Assembly: GCA_946965045.2 (NCBI GenBank)
Contig: OX337230.1
Span: forward strand, 3,038,001 to 3,102,000
Origin: Epithemia pelagica
Lineage: Eukaryota > Protista > Bacillariophyta
DNA length: 64,000 nt
Reading direction: 5' to 3'
Position 1 is the first letter of the stretch, and every line of letters starts with the position of its first letter. This document shows positions 22,650 through 34,185 of this stretch, in pieces. Made by a program: the position numbers and the translations under genes. The notes beneath the pieces were generated by a model, which worked only from the letters and a program-made list of their open reading frames with translations, had not been told where the DNA came from and did no database searches.

Positions 22650-25400
22650 ATGGCGAGCAACGATGATGATGACGACTCTGTCGTTTTTCTTGGAACCAGG
22701 CCTGTCCGACCTGCTCAGAATAATCGCAACAAGTATTCGATCGATTGCGACTCCAGCGTTGGAAGCAATGAAGTAGCCATCATAGGTAGAAAGAGATCTC
22801 CCTTTGTAGCTGTACCAGGAGTAACGGATGATCCTGCACTCAGACGAAAGGAAAGGCAGGAGAAGAAGAAGAAGAGACAGAGGCTGAGAGAAGAAGAGGA
22901 GCGCAAGAAACAAGAGGCTGACGAAGAAAATCAACCTGTAGAGGAGGAGGAAGAAGCAAACCAAATTTCTTTCCAATTCACAAGGAAAACAGCTAACGAA
23001 GCATCTACATGTGCTGTTCAGGATTCCAGAGTAGAAGTTGTCGACCATGTTCCCCTGTATTGCCAAGAACACCGCCTCAGGGGTAGAGAACGACCATCTT
23101 CAGTCGTGCAAAGGCGTGAGACGTTAAAAGTTCCCAACCCTGGGAGGATTGATATGGGAGGAGTGCATGGACGAATGCATCAGACAACAATTGATCATTT
23201 TTTTGGTCCAGCAGGCAACAAGAATTGGAAAACAAACCCAATCATTGGTGCGACCACCGTTATTCAGGAGCAACCACCGACACAGGCTGTAACGGAACCG
23301 ATTCAATCTACGGACACTCATTCATCATTTGAGCACGAGGAAGCAGAAGACGCGGGTCCTGCGCAGAGAGAATCTCAACACCCTCAGCCATTGCAGAATA
23401 AAAACAAACTAGTACAACCCTCTGAAAATGGCCCACTCTATCAGGAGGAGCAACAACAGTCTGGTGGTAGACGGCAAAAAATGCATGAAATGCGCGTGAA
23501 TGAGACTAAACACTCTGTTGGACTAATTGTGAGTCGAAGAAACCAAGTTGAACCCCAATCACGACAGAAGGGCCCTGAACCCATGCGTCCTCGTGAGAAT
23601 GCACCATTGGATCCTGTGAATCTGAATCAACCAACTCAAGACGCACGGTCAACCACTAACCCGTGTTTTCCACCTCAGAATATAACGCTGCATCAAGATT
23701 CAAGTCATAGAAGATACCGTTCAGATGAGGATGTCGACCAATCGTCATCCATTGTATCATCAGGTTCAAGGACTGAAGGGTCGGCTTGGTCAAGAGCGGA
23801 CGAATCAAGCAGTCGAGCAAGTTCTGCAGAAGGCAGTTGCACATCTGTATTTGACAGCAGCGAGAAAAGTAAAGACAACGATCATGAAGAAGAAACGGAA
23901 ATGGCGAGCCACCAAAGTGGTGAAGAAGATGACAGTATTGAAACAACATATGATTCAGACTCGGATTATGAGGAAGCCTCAGCCCCGGTTAGAAAGAAGA
24001 AACGGCCATCCAGGCGAGCTTCAAAACGTCGCATCGACCCACCTCGAAAGCCAGGAGCGCGAACGTCGGATCAATGCAATTCGCTACAGGCTGTAAAGGC
24101 AGCGCAATATTCTCCAAGCTACACCTCAAAACCTCAAGGATCATCATTTCATGCAGATGCAGTAGAGACTGTCCCAAAGCCTGACTCTAAGCCTGCTGCG
24201 AGAGCAGATTCAAAAAGAGTAGAGTCTGTCAAAAACCCTCCTGCCAACATGCCAGAAGGAATGGCAAAAAAGGTTATACAAGTTATTGTCATTGACGATT
24301 CGGACGACGATTCGGACGATGCTGGGGCAATGAAAAGCTACAAACCACCACCCACAGCTCAATCAACTCTGGGCCTCAGCAGTACCGGTAGACATAGCCC
24401 TCCCACGGGTAGAGACAAAGTTGAGTCCTTCGGCTTCCCTCTTATAGGCCTGGAAGAATTTGTTGAAAAATGGGAGAAAGCTGCTTTCAACATTTCTGGG
24501 CTTGACTCGACTCAGAACATTGAGAGCCTACCTTCCATAACTCGAGCCAACAACCGCCTTGATCGTGGATGCACCAGTAACCAAAACAAGGCCCAGTATG
24601 GTCGCCTCTTACCAAAAGCAACTGCTACAATGCTCACAGAATTGCTTGAACTTGAAGCATCGGACATTTTTGTGGACTTGGGGCATGGGCTGGGGAACGC
24701 AGTGATGCAAGCAGCTTATACCCACGGCTGTACAAGTCGGGGTATCGAGCTTGTGAAAAGTCGTTTCGCTTTCTCTTGTGGGATTCAACGGGAATTGTCA
24801 GAAATGGTAGGATGTGCACCCGTGGAACTTAAAAATGGTGGCCTTGACGAGTCCAAGTATCGGGATTTTCTGACGGAGTCGGGAAAGCGCGTCATGAAAG
24901 TGTTCTGCAACAATTTCGGTGACGTGTTTGGAACGCGTTCCGCCACTGGTGCCCCTCCGTACCTGAACGATTTTGTTGCAGGGCTGTTTGCCTTCATGAA
25001 AGAAGGCTCTAAACTTGTCACATTCGATGCCTTGAGTTTCCAAGTCGGTCCACTGGACATGGTGAACAAGGAACGTGAAAAGTTTAAGATGGAGATGTCA
25101 CCATCTGCGTCCTTCTATACAATGGAGCAGAAAGAGCTGGGACTACAAAATAAATGTGTGTCATGGTCGGAAGGTGGAGGAAATCAGCTTAAAATGAAAA
25201 TGTATGTCTACACAAGAGTTGGCAAGGAATCTCGCTTCATGTGCAGTGCGCCGATGTGTCACATGAAGCAGAACAATACTCCGCAAGCGTCTTACGTTAT
25301 CAACAATAAGGAGCACTTACTGGTGAGGGTTTGCCCGTGTAACCACACGATGCGGCCACGTCGACTGGGAAACTCGAAAGCAAATCTGGAAGACAATTAA
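22650..25400 (+). CDS. DOT1: DOT1-like histone H3K79 methyltransferase with a long disordered N-terminus
   Basis: QYGRLLP...DIFVDLGHGLGNAVMQAA...SRGIEL...FCNNF matches the DOT1 SAM-binding core. Confidence 0.8.
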   Translation: MASNDDDDDSVVFLGTRPVRPAQNNRNKYSIDCDSSVGSNEVAIIGRKRSPFVAVPGVTDDPALRRKERQEKKKKRQRLREEEERKKQEADEENQPVEEEEEANQISFQFTRKTANEASTCAVQDSRVEVVDHVPLYCQEHRLRGRERPSSVVQRRETLKVPNPGRIDMGGVHGRMHQTTIDHFFGPAGNKNWKTNPIIGATTVIQEQPPTQAVTEPIQSTDTHSSFEHEEAEDAGPAQRESQHPQPLQNKNKLVQPSENGPLYQEEQQQSGGRRQKMHEMRVNETKHSVGLIVSRRNQVEPQSRQKGPEPMRPRENAPLDPVNLNQPTQDARSTTNPCFPPQNITLHQDSSHRRYRSDEDVDQSSSIVSSGSRTEGSAWSRADESSSRASSAEGSCTSVFDSSEKSKDNDHEEETEMASHQSGEEDDSIETTYDSDSDYEEASAPVRKKKRPSRRASKRRIDPPRKPGARTSDQCNSLQAVKAAQYSPSYTSKPQGSSFHADAVETVPKPDSKPAARADSKRVESVKNPPANMPEGMAKKVIQVIVIDDSDDDSDDAGAMKSYKPPPTAQSTLGLSSTGRHSPPTGRDKVESFGFPLIGLEEFVEKWEKAAFNISGLDSTQNIESLPSITRANNRLDRGCTSNQNKAQYGRLLPKATATMLTELLELEASDIFVDLGHGLGNAVMQAAYTHGCTSRGIELVKSRFAFSCGIQRELSEMVGCAPVELKNGGLDESKYRDFLTESGKRVMKVFCNNFGDVFGTRSATGAPPYLNDFVAGLFAFMKEGSKLVTFDALSFQVGPLDMVNKEREKFKMEMSPSASFYTMEQKELGLQNKCVSWSEGGGNQLKMKMYVYTRVGKESRFMCSAPMCHMKQNNTPQASYVINNKEHLLVRVCPCNHTMRPRRLGNSKANLEDN

Positions 25401-25487
25401 TTCTATAGAGATGATCATGTGTCATTTTCTTTTCTGCCTTATACGATTGCGTGCACTATAGGACCGGGCGGATTGGATCTACTTGTG

Positions 25488-27802
25488 TCATAAACTCACC
25501 CAGTTTGGGGATACCACACCTCGAAACATGCAATCAAACAGCTCCGTATTGTAGGATTTGTACAATTCATCATCGCGCTCGTAAGCATCGCAAATAGCTG
25601 ATAGAAAGAGAGAGGTATTGGTAGGTTAGCCTTCGATGACGAAAGAGAACTACTGCTCAGTATTTCTCCCTCAGTGTACGTACCATTGTTGGATGGACAG
25701 AAGGTCACTTCTGTTAATTTTGGTTCGATCAAGAAGGAAGCATTGTCTCCCGCTTGATCATTATTGTCGTGCTGTGGAATACGCTCAAACATGACATCAA
25801 TACCGTAGACGGCTCGACAACATGAGGTCTTGGAAGAATCGAGTTTGTCAGCATGAGCATGCCACATTCCTTCAAATAACTCTCGGACCAGCTGTTGAAT
25901 TTTGGGCCACTGAACCATTTGCCAATCAAATTCTCCCGGATAGATGGCTTCCAAATGGGCAATGGTTTTGTAGTCAACCGGCAAGGTTTCAATGTCGTTG
26001 GTCGTATCCTTGTTGTCACCACTTGACGACTTTTCTTCTTCTAGATGTTGTTGTTGTTGTGCCATGGCTTGGTCGGCCACCAAGTGACTCGCCGTAAAGA
26101 CAATGTGTGGATTGATCCAGTCTTGTGGTTCTTGGACCGAATGCCGTAAATGGGCAATACGGAAGTAGACGCGCTTGTGAAGGTAAAGTTGTGGAATCGT
26201 CCCTCCGATTCCTCCTTGCACCACAACTAGGCAGCGACAATCAATTTTGCGACCCGCTTGGTCTGTAAGGGCGTGATCCAAATATCGTTGTGCCACACGA
26301 CTACGAGCACCCGCCTGACACAATTGTACGATCTGAGCCACACTGGAGGTAATGACATGACCTCGAGATTGTGTTCCATGAGCCGGTTTGACAATCCACA
26401 AGGAAGGGTTGGTAGTGCTTGTGCTTGAGGATGATAAGGATTGCGACGACGCCAATGCGACAAAGTGGGCCAAATGAACGTCCAAATCAAAACTGGGCAA
26501 GGCCCAATCCCGCAAGGGCCATCCATGTTGTTCCAAGATACCTCGCGCTAAATGATCCTTTTGCACCCAGGCGCCTTCATAGGGAAACTGATTTATCAAA
26601 ACTTGTCGTTCTCCGTCGTTTGGTTCCTGTTCCTTTTCATCCTCCTTGCTGACAAGATTCGTTGGTCGGCTCAGATTTTGGGTGTGATTGTAAATGGGAC
26701 AATTGGGACGAAAGAGTGATTGAAAGACAAAGAAAATATCAGCTTGCAAAGGATCTTGGACCAGTTCGTAAATAGAGGTATCCAATCCACTTTCTGCATG
26801 AGCCAATCCCATTGGATCATTGACATGGTCCGTGTAGACCTTTAATTTTCGGGGACCACTGTATGGACTACTATTAGGATTGCCATCACGATCCGGTTCT
26901 TTTTGTTTTGGTTGTTCTTGTTGTCGTTCCAATTTGGCTTGTCGAACGGTATGAAGAGAATGGAGAAATTGCGATTGCACTTGTTGCAACACCGTGACAT
27001 GTTCCAACGAGGCCGCCGAAGCACCAAAAAATGCCACATTCCGTAGTGCTTGTACCACAGGAGTAGGACAGGTTTGCACTAAATCCACGGTAGACAAACT
27101 GTCGTCCTTGGGTTCTTGAGCAGAATGCGCCAACAAGGTGGGAATGATACGAACCGTTGTGTCCGTGTTGTTGTTGGAGGGTACTCGTTGCGTATAGAAG
27201 AAAGGAAAAGGTCCGGTCAAATCGGCCTCCTCCCCCGTTGTCTTCAAGTTGGAGACTGGAGCATAGGGTGGGGGTGGCAAGGCAGCCCGGACCACGACAC
27301 CACCACCACTCTCGCGTTGCTGCTGATACAAGACAATCCGAGGCCAGGTTTGTACATGGGAACAAATGGCATTTTGCAACCGCCAACGAATCGAGTCGTC
27401 GTCGTCTTCGTTGTTGTCACTGTTGGTGAGCAACGCGACCGTGTCCAACTTTGTTGTTGTGGTGTGGTCTGGATAAAAGGCTTGTCGTTCTTGGGCTTCC
27501 ACGAGACCTTGATAAACACGTCGCAAGGTTGCGACAGACACTTGAGTCGTCAGGGCTTGCCAGAGTCCATTTTGAGCTTGTTCTACGATATTCCATCGAC
27601 AAACAGGAGGAATCACCATCAAGGTTCCGGCCGGTGTCCATGTCAAAGGAAGTTGGGGCGACGGCGATGCATTCTGTTCATTGTCAGTATTATTGGACGT
27701 CGGATAGGTTGCTTCCAGTTGTTCCCACAATCCAGGATACAGCATCGGAGGAATGTGCAATGCTTGCAACTGAGCATCATGATCTCTACGGAATTGTTCC
27801 AT
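25488..27802 (-). CDS. Tubulin-tyrosine ligase-like protein, TTLL12-like, with a 3' intron
   Basis: INQFPYE...KDHLA, WIVKP, VAQRYL, KIDCR, RAVYGIDVMF, LTEVTFCP. An intron after NN-G gives the C-terminus ICDAYERDDELYKSYNTELFDCMF...WVSL*. Confidence 0.85.
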
Positions 27803-28133
27803 GGTTTCTATAGTATTTCTCCTCTCTTCTTGGATCTTTGATGCCTCGCCGCATTGACACCGAGATTCTGGAAAGAAAATGAGGAGAGATCAGATAGGCA
27901 ACATAGCATTATTCTTTTTGTAAGACCCATATGCGACCGCATTGATTTTACGCTTCAGTCGCGCAGGGATCTTTTCCAACCGCGTCTTGCACGTCGCGGA
28001 GTCATCATCAATCGTAGTTCTGCTTCATGGCTTGTCTTTGTGTAGATGATCCGACATTTTGTCTCGTTCAGTTGCTGGTAAAACTGGACGGAGGTAGAGA
28101 TTCTATTGTATTCAAACAGAAATCCCAACAAAC

Positions 28134-28922
28134 ATGGAGCCCGAAATGATGGATGCCTCAACCGCCGACAACAACAACAACGACGGAGCACAACAAGACC
28201 CACCACTGCCACCACCCAGTCACATGGTATACGAATCAACAGCCGAAGAAACGGCCTTGTCAGCCACGGTAGATCAAGAGTTGCGGGTACCCTTTTATTG
28301 CGAAGAAAATGTGTGGCGTTTGGCGTATCGACAAAGACATTTCTCCAGTCTACACGGCTCAGTATCCAACAGTTGGGTCGTCTTTATCAGCAATGCCATT
28401 AAAAGTGTCCCCATGTTTTACCAACGAGCCAGTCCGGATCCCAATCGATCCGTATGTTGGGATTATCATGTCATTTTAGTGGTATCCAATCCAGCAGCAC
28501 AAGCACCACAACATGCGTTTTTGGTGTACGATCTCGACAGTCGCTTGCCCTATCCTTGTCCGCTGACTGAGTACTTGCAATTCTCCTTTCCTTGTGATAC
28601 CTGGCCAGCACCATTGCATCCCTTTTTTCGCGTTGTGGAGGCGAATTTGTTTTTACAGTACTTTTCCAGTGATCGACGACACATGTACCAAGCCAGTACC
28701 GGAAAGTGGAATGCACCACCTCCTCGGTATGCTCCCATTCAAGACCAAATGACCCAACAAGAAGACAATAGTTTGACACGGTCCAATTTGGATCAGTATC
28801 TCAACTTTGTGGCTCATCGACCCGTCCAGGAAGAACCCGGCAGCGTGTTGCAAGTCTATGGTACCATTTCGTCCTTGAAGCGATTGCGTCAGGAGCCCCA
28901 CGAATCGTTTGTCGTCCCATGA
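28134..28922 (+). CDS. NTAQ1: Protein N-terminal glutamine amidohydrolase
   Basis: YCEENVW, WDYHVI and YDLDS motifs supply the Cys-His-Asp triad. Confidence 0.93.
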   Translation: MEPEMMDASTADNNNNDGAQQDPPLPPPSHMVYESTAEETALSATVDQELRVPFYCEENVWRLAYRQRHFSSLHGSVSNSWVVFISNAIKSVPMFYQRASPDPNRSVCWDYHVILVVSNPAAQAPQHAFLVYDLDSRLPYPCPLTEYLQFSFPCDTWPAPLHPFFRVVEANLFLQYFSSDRRHMYQASTGKWNAPPPRYAPIQDQMTQQEDNSLTRSNLDQYLNFVAHRPVQEEPGSVLQVYGTISSLKRLRQEPHESFVVP

Positions 28923-29490
28923 TGAAATCCATGAAACTATGTGATCCGTTTGGATCGACCGCTGAGGAACTGTACAGTCGGGCCTCGCGTTGGTGGACGG
29001 TTGCTTCTCGCTCTGCATGTATACAAGAGAGTCCGGCGACTACTATCCAATTTCCTGAACATGAACCAATAGATTGTTCCTATAAGCTGGAGTGAAAGAA
29101 AGGCTCTTGAATGTTGTGGGACCTTGCAGTTGTCTCCTTATGAGAAAGGTATGGTGCTGTAGGAGTAAATGGTGATGTAGGAGTAAGAATACTGCAACGA
29201 CTACTCCTAGGAGCACTCCGAAGCCGAAGGGCTACTTTTACTCCTACCTCTAGGAGAGCCAAGAGGGGGTAGCCCACGAATTTCCCGAGCGGTTGGTATC
29301 TCATGATCTTTTGAACCGTTTGGAAGATTCGTTAACATTCCAACGTTGAGGTGTAATATGGCGAATCTTTTCCGTCATGCGACATGCGACGCATACACTG
29401 ATATGTACTGATGTGTCAGGGTCATGGACGACGATGATCCCTGCAACCATATCATCACTCCGACCAATGAACTGCCTTCGAAACAGGAGA

Positions 29491-30456
29491 ATGCGATTCG
29501 TGTGGCTTGGTTTCGTGGTTTTGGTGGCATTCTGTTTATGGGATAATGGTGGTTGGCGAGACAATCATGTCGGTTACCTGATTGGAGCTGCACAGGGGTT
29601 GGCTGCGGTACCCGGTCCTGCCCGGATCCCAACAACATACCGCAAGCTATCATGCACTCGAACAAGAGTCGCCTATCGGTTTGATGCATCACGGCCTTCA
29701 TTGAGGCGATCGCCAGCATTGTTCCAACAACGAGAAAGCTCGGTGAATTCGGAGTACACTGAGAGATACAGCAAGACATTCTCGGAGGATCGAAGACAAT
29801 GGCTGAAACTACTTGTCACCCTTCCTTCCATTGCGCTGATTACCACCAGTCCTGGCGGTTTCCCATTTCAAATTGCCTGGGCCGCCACTACCACATCTCT
29901 TGTCGAATTGCGATCGGATATGGTGCAGGCGTTGGAGACGCTGCAAAAACTCTTGGACAATTGGGAACGGGCGGTTATTGATTGTACCTATGCCGATGTT
30001 CCCCGAGAGCTGTTGGAGCAGAAAAACAAGGAACTCTTGTTGGAAAAGGCATCAACCTTTGCCCTCTTTGACAAGTCCGTCTCGGTCATATCCTGCAAAA
30101 CTGTGGTGGGCACAGTTCGTGATTACTTGGGACGGACTGGCATTGGTCCAGTGGCCGGATTGGAAGCCAAATTAAAACAGGCGGTATCAATGGTAGTTCA
30201 AGATTCCAACGTCGACGATCTGGATGCTCTCGATGAATGGATTCAAACTGTGGAAGAAGTCCAGCGAGAACTCAATCGAGCCGATACCTTGGCCTACTCG
30301 GCACGACGAGACTTTACCAGTATGAACAATTTTGATCCACAAGACACGTCCAAAATCTTGGCAGATACGGAGAGCAACTTGGCTCTTTGTAAGGCGGCCA
30401 TTCAAACGGCCGTGGACAAACTACGCGTGGTGATTGCATTTTTGCCAGAATCGTAG
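29491..30456 (+). CDS. Probable plastid thylakoid-lumen protein of unknown function
   Basis: Hydrophobic signal peptide, Ser/Arg-rich transit region, then twin-Arg RRQWL, a hydrophobic stretch and an AWA cleavage-like site, followed by a helical mature domain. Confidence 0.6.
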   Translation: MRFVWLGFVVLVAFCLWDNGGWRDNHVGYLIGAAQGLAAVPGPARIPTTYRKLSCTRTRVAYRFDASRPSLRRSPALFQQRESSVNSEYTERYSKTFSEDRRQWLKLLVTLPSIALITTSPGGFPFQIAWAATTTSLVELRSDMVQALETLQKLLDNWERAVIDCTYADVPRELLEQKNKELLLEKASTFALFDKSVSVISCKTVVGTVRDYLGRTGIGPVAGLEAKLKQAVSMVVQDSNVDDLDALDEWIQTVEEVQRELNRADTLAYSARRDFTSMNNFDPQDTSKILADTESNLALCKAAIQTAVDKLRVVIAFLPES

Positions 30457-31384
30457 AGATGAATGAAATGACATGGACCATATACGTTGCTATGCTCAGA
30501 GGATGTGGACATTGTGAAAGTCTGGCTGCTAGCGCACTCACGACATACGCAAATGGACCTCTGTGCCATTTCTTTTCCACTGATAGACTGGATACTTTCC
30601 CCTAAATCATAGAGGGACTCCCAGAAACAATGCATGGGTGCCAAAAGAACACCCGCACTCCTAGATGATTAATGTATGAGTATGGGCAAACATCCTTTTA
30701 GAACCTCGAAGGCGCAACCTTTGCTGTGATCAAGCATTTCTCGAGGTCCATTCGGAATTATGGGAGAAGATGCGCTCGTTCAAAGAGTGTCGGCGATCTT
30801 TGACGGAGTTGATTTAGCATAGTTTCAAATCTCTTGATTCGAAATTTGTCATCAGCGGACGAACATTATAGTGAGCATTTGGGATCGTTGTCGACCGAGG
30901 ACGCCGAACAACACGAAGTTGATATTTTTTATTTTTTGATATTGTGGAGGCGGAGGAACAGGAAACAGCATCTCTGTGTCACGCCAGCGTGCGTTCTCGA
31001 GCATTAATGAATATTATTAAAGCCCATTCCTTATTATGCCTTTATGTAGTACTGATAGCGTCAATGTCACGCGGGACAACATGAAACAGGGAGCAATAGT
31101 CGAGATCAAGAAACGGTTATGGCTCTTGGCGGCATTCTCTGTACTTATTCTGCACGCCTGTCGAGCCTATGTATTCGAATCGCCACAATCTTCGATAAGC
31201 ACCTTTGGCGACGCAGTCCATGCGACGTTTCATGTGGCACCTTTGATTGATAGGCCGCTGTCCAAGAGACGGACGAGAAGCTGATTCGCGAGGATTAACA
31301 CATAACCAAAAAGCTCGTCCGAAACCATCGAGGGAAACATCAAATAGAGGGTCAACAAGTTTTCTCTTGGAGCAGGAACAAACC

Positions 31385-33607
31385 ATGGTCAGGTTACTCG
31401 GACGGACAACGCCAACATCGTCCGTCAGAAGTCTTCCGAAAGACAACGGATCGTCTCCCAGACATGATGCACCGAGCGTGAGTCTCTCAGAGCGAGGTCA
31501 TCCTTCCAGGGATGGAGAGTGCAAAAGTGCAAAAACGTCACGAGCAACCAACGAAAGATTAGATCCGAGTGAATTTGATAGAGACAGGTCGATTGAAACA
31601 TTGCCGAGAGTTCCTTTCACAACCGATTCTCCTAGCGTCGCTCATTTGGGAAAAGAACGATCTCTTAGAGAGTTTGTAAACGACGGCTTGATATCTTCCA
31701 ACAGAGCGGCCCTCTTGCTGGGAATGAATCCAAAGTTAACCCTGCAAACCACAATGACACCAAAAGAGCTACATGCACAAGTGGGAAAGCTCAAAGTCAA
31801 AAGCCAAGGTGATGAAAAATCACGTCCATACAAGGCTGAGATAGCTTCACCTACTGGAAAGAAACTTTATGTAAAGACATTTGCGGATAGAGGTCAACGC
31901 ACGACAAGCATGCAGTCTGACGCAGGAAGTCTTTGCACTGACCGCGCAGTCGTCCCGACGAACCAACTTGCTCATGGTCTTTATCACTACTCACCTCAAC
32001 GACGACGATCCGACAAGAATAAAACTCCTCGGAGTGAATATTCCCCACGCGGCGGTACATTCGGTAGTAAATGGGACGACACAATAAAGAGAAGGGTTGC
32101 GGGAGATGGACAATCGGTAGATGAAAGTGAAAGCGGCCCAGGACCTGTGGATGTCGTGCAGAGGAAAAAACTACAAGAAGTCAATCGACCTCGTCCAATT
32201 TCCGTTCATAGCCCGACTAGTGGGAATCAGTACTTACAAGCATCGCCGAAAGAAGAGGTCAACGATGGGCGTCTACTTCGGCCCTTGGTTCCCAAAAAAT
32301 CTGTACCTATCGCTTCTCCCACGGCCAAGCAGAAAACAAAGTCCTCACTTCCCCGTTCTCCCCGGGTCCAAGGCTCTCCCGCTGCTTCACAAATGCGGAA
32401 AACAAATGGTTCTAGTCAAAAGAAGGTGGAATCCGTAGAGACGAAGTCTCCGAAACCAGGGAACGTTGTCTCTGTGGATACAAGTGCCAAGCCACTCAAG
32501 CAACCGTTGCCAAAAGACAAAAGAGCAGAACCCTTGCCAAAAGACAAAAGAGCAGGATTTTGGTACCAAAGCAAGTCGCGGGAACGACCTGTTGACAATC
32601 GCGTCGATGTCTTGCTTCGAAGGAGTAGTACCTATGATCACGATGATGGCTCCGCAACTTCAGGAGAAGGAAGTCAAGAGGCCCCTTCGTTGGCAACCAT
32701 TCCCACTTCCATTCATGTGGACGGCGAAAATAACGAGGTAGTTCTTTCGTTTGCAAGTAGCGACCCGATAAGCAATCACCCGTCATCGTCCGTTCGTTCA
32801 GGACAGCAAAGAGAACCTTTGGCCGAACAAGACACATCCTTGAGAAGTATCAAGGAAAGGGAGGAACGCCCGAAACCCAAGGGGAGTGACAATAAGAAGA
32901 AGCTCACCCCTGTATCGGACGCGAAAGATCCCAAACAAAAGAACAAAGTGCATTCTCAAGGGACACAAAAAGCGAACCAAAAGAAGCGGTCGATGAACCT
33001 TCTACAGCAGAAATTGGAGGAAGAGACAACGATAATGCTCATGTCATTTTCAGATTCAACCGATGACAGTCTTTTCTCAATGGATTCTGAAGACAGTGGC
33101 AACGGTTCCAGATCCATTTCTACAGGTAGTTCTGGTAGTTCGAGCGAAGATAGTGGCGCCAGCAGCAGCTACAACCAATCCAGATACGAAGTCACTTCTG
33201 TGTCCAACCTGAGCGAGATGCTCCATGCTATGGATAAAGGAGCCCGCGTAGCCTCTAACGGAAACTTTGACACGGTGGAAGCAATGGAGACATCGGACAG
33301 TCACGACGGCGAAGACACGGTCGACAATTCCACGATTGCATCCTCGGTTATGCATCGACGAAACCGATGGAATGATAACAATACGCGCGATACTTTGAGC
33401 ATGCGCCCTACCATACTAGAAGGGGTGGTGGACATTCACACCGATTCCATAAGTCCGAAATCCACTTTTGCCAGTGATACTCGCGACATTGGTACAAGAG
33501 GAAGCAACGCCACCGACTCCCGGCAAAGGCCGTCCTACTATTACCAGAATACACAACAACCCTTCTCCCCCAAACGCCGAATCATGAAATTGTTGGGACG
33601 ATATTAA
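31385..33607 (+). CDS. Ser/Lys/Arg-rich, probably disordered protein of unknown function
   Basis: A ~740-aa uninterrupted ORF with an internal 27-bp duplication (PLPKDKRA x2, ~32505-32557). No family recognised. Confidence 0.6.
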   Translation: MVRLLGRTTPTSSVRSLPKDNGSSPRHDAPSVSLSERGHPSRDGECKSAKTSRATNERLDPSEFDRDRSIETLPRVPFTTDSPSVAHLGKERSLREFVNDGLISSNRAALLLGMNPKLTLQTTMTPKELHAQVGKLKVKSQGDEKSRPYKAEIASPTGKKLYVKTFADRGQRTTSMQSDAGSLCTDRAVVPTNQLAHGLYHYSPQRRRSDKNKTPRSEYSPRGGTFGSKWDDTIKRRVAGDGQSVDESESGPGPVDVVQRKKLQEVNRPRPISVHSPTSGNQYLQASPKEEVNDGRLLRPLVPKKSVPIASPTAKQKTKSSLPRSPRVQGSPAASQMRKTNGSSQKKVESVETKSPKPGNVVSVDTSAKPLKQPLPKDKRAEPLPKDKRAGFWYQSKSRERPVDNRVDVLLRRSSTYDHDDGSATSGEGSQEAPSLATIPTSIHVDGENNEVVLSFASSDPISNHPSSSVRSGQQREPLAEQDTSLRSIKEREERPKPKGSDNKKKLTPVSDAKDPKQKNKVHSQGTQKANQKKRSMNLLQQKLEEETTIMLMSFSDSTDDSLFSMDSEDSGNGSRSISTGSSGSSSEDSGASSSYNQSRYEVTSVSNLSEMLHAMDKGARVASNGNFDTVEAMETSDSHDGEDTVDNSTIASSVMHRRNRWNDNNTRDTLSMRPTILEGVVDIHTDSISPKSTFASDTRDIGTRGSNATDSRQRPSYYYQNTQQPFSPKRRIMKLLGRY

Positions 33608-34185
33608 GTCTGCAAATCGAAGGGTTCTTATGACGTTTCGCATTTTCTTCATGTCTCGTGTTCTTTGCGTATCACCTACGAGCTACTTGATACTGGGCAA
33701 TAACTGATACCAGGTCCATTTAGCTTAACTTCAACCTCCAACTCTCGGCTCGATTTCTGTGAATTCCCATCACTGAATTTTCAGGGACCAACTTATCCGA
33801 AGCTCTCTCGATCTAAGCTATTGTGAAAATCATCATCATGATTGCATCCTCCAAAGGATCACGCCACTGTGTATGGATATTGAATGAGATTTTCCACATA
33901 CTTGAGTCGCAGCCCTAGCGTAACTCGCCTTGTATCATAAACCTTACATAAGCTGTATCATCTCTTGTGCCTTTCGTTGTTGTAAAAAGGAAATCCAACC
34001 ACAAGCGAATAATAAACTTTGATTCTGGAACCAGCTTCAATCTGATCCCTAGACAGCTTGCAAAGTTCATCCAAAGTCCCTTTCTCCCCCAAGAAAACCG
34101 TGACTTGGTGCTGCAACTCTCCCCATTGTGTGATACTTTGCTGGACTCGCTAGCTTCTCTGCATTCTCTTCTTCATCTGACATGA

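Noticed and set aside
27116-27841. 241-aa plus-strand ORF and many similar 60-230 aa antisense ORFs
   Set aside because: They are shadows of real genes on the opposite strand or in another frame.
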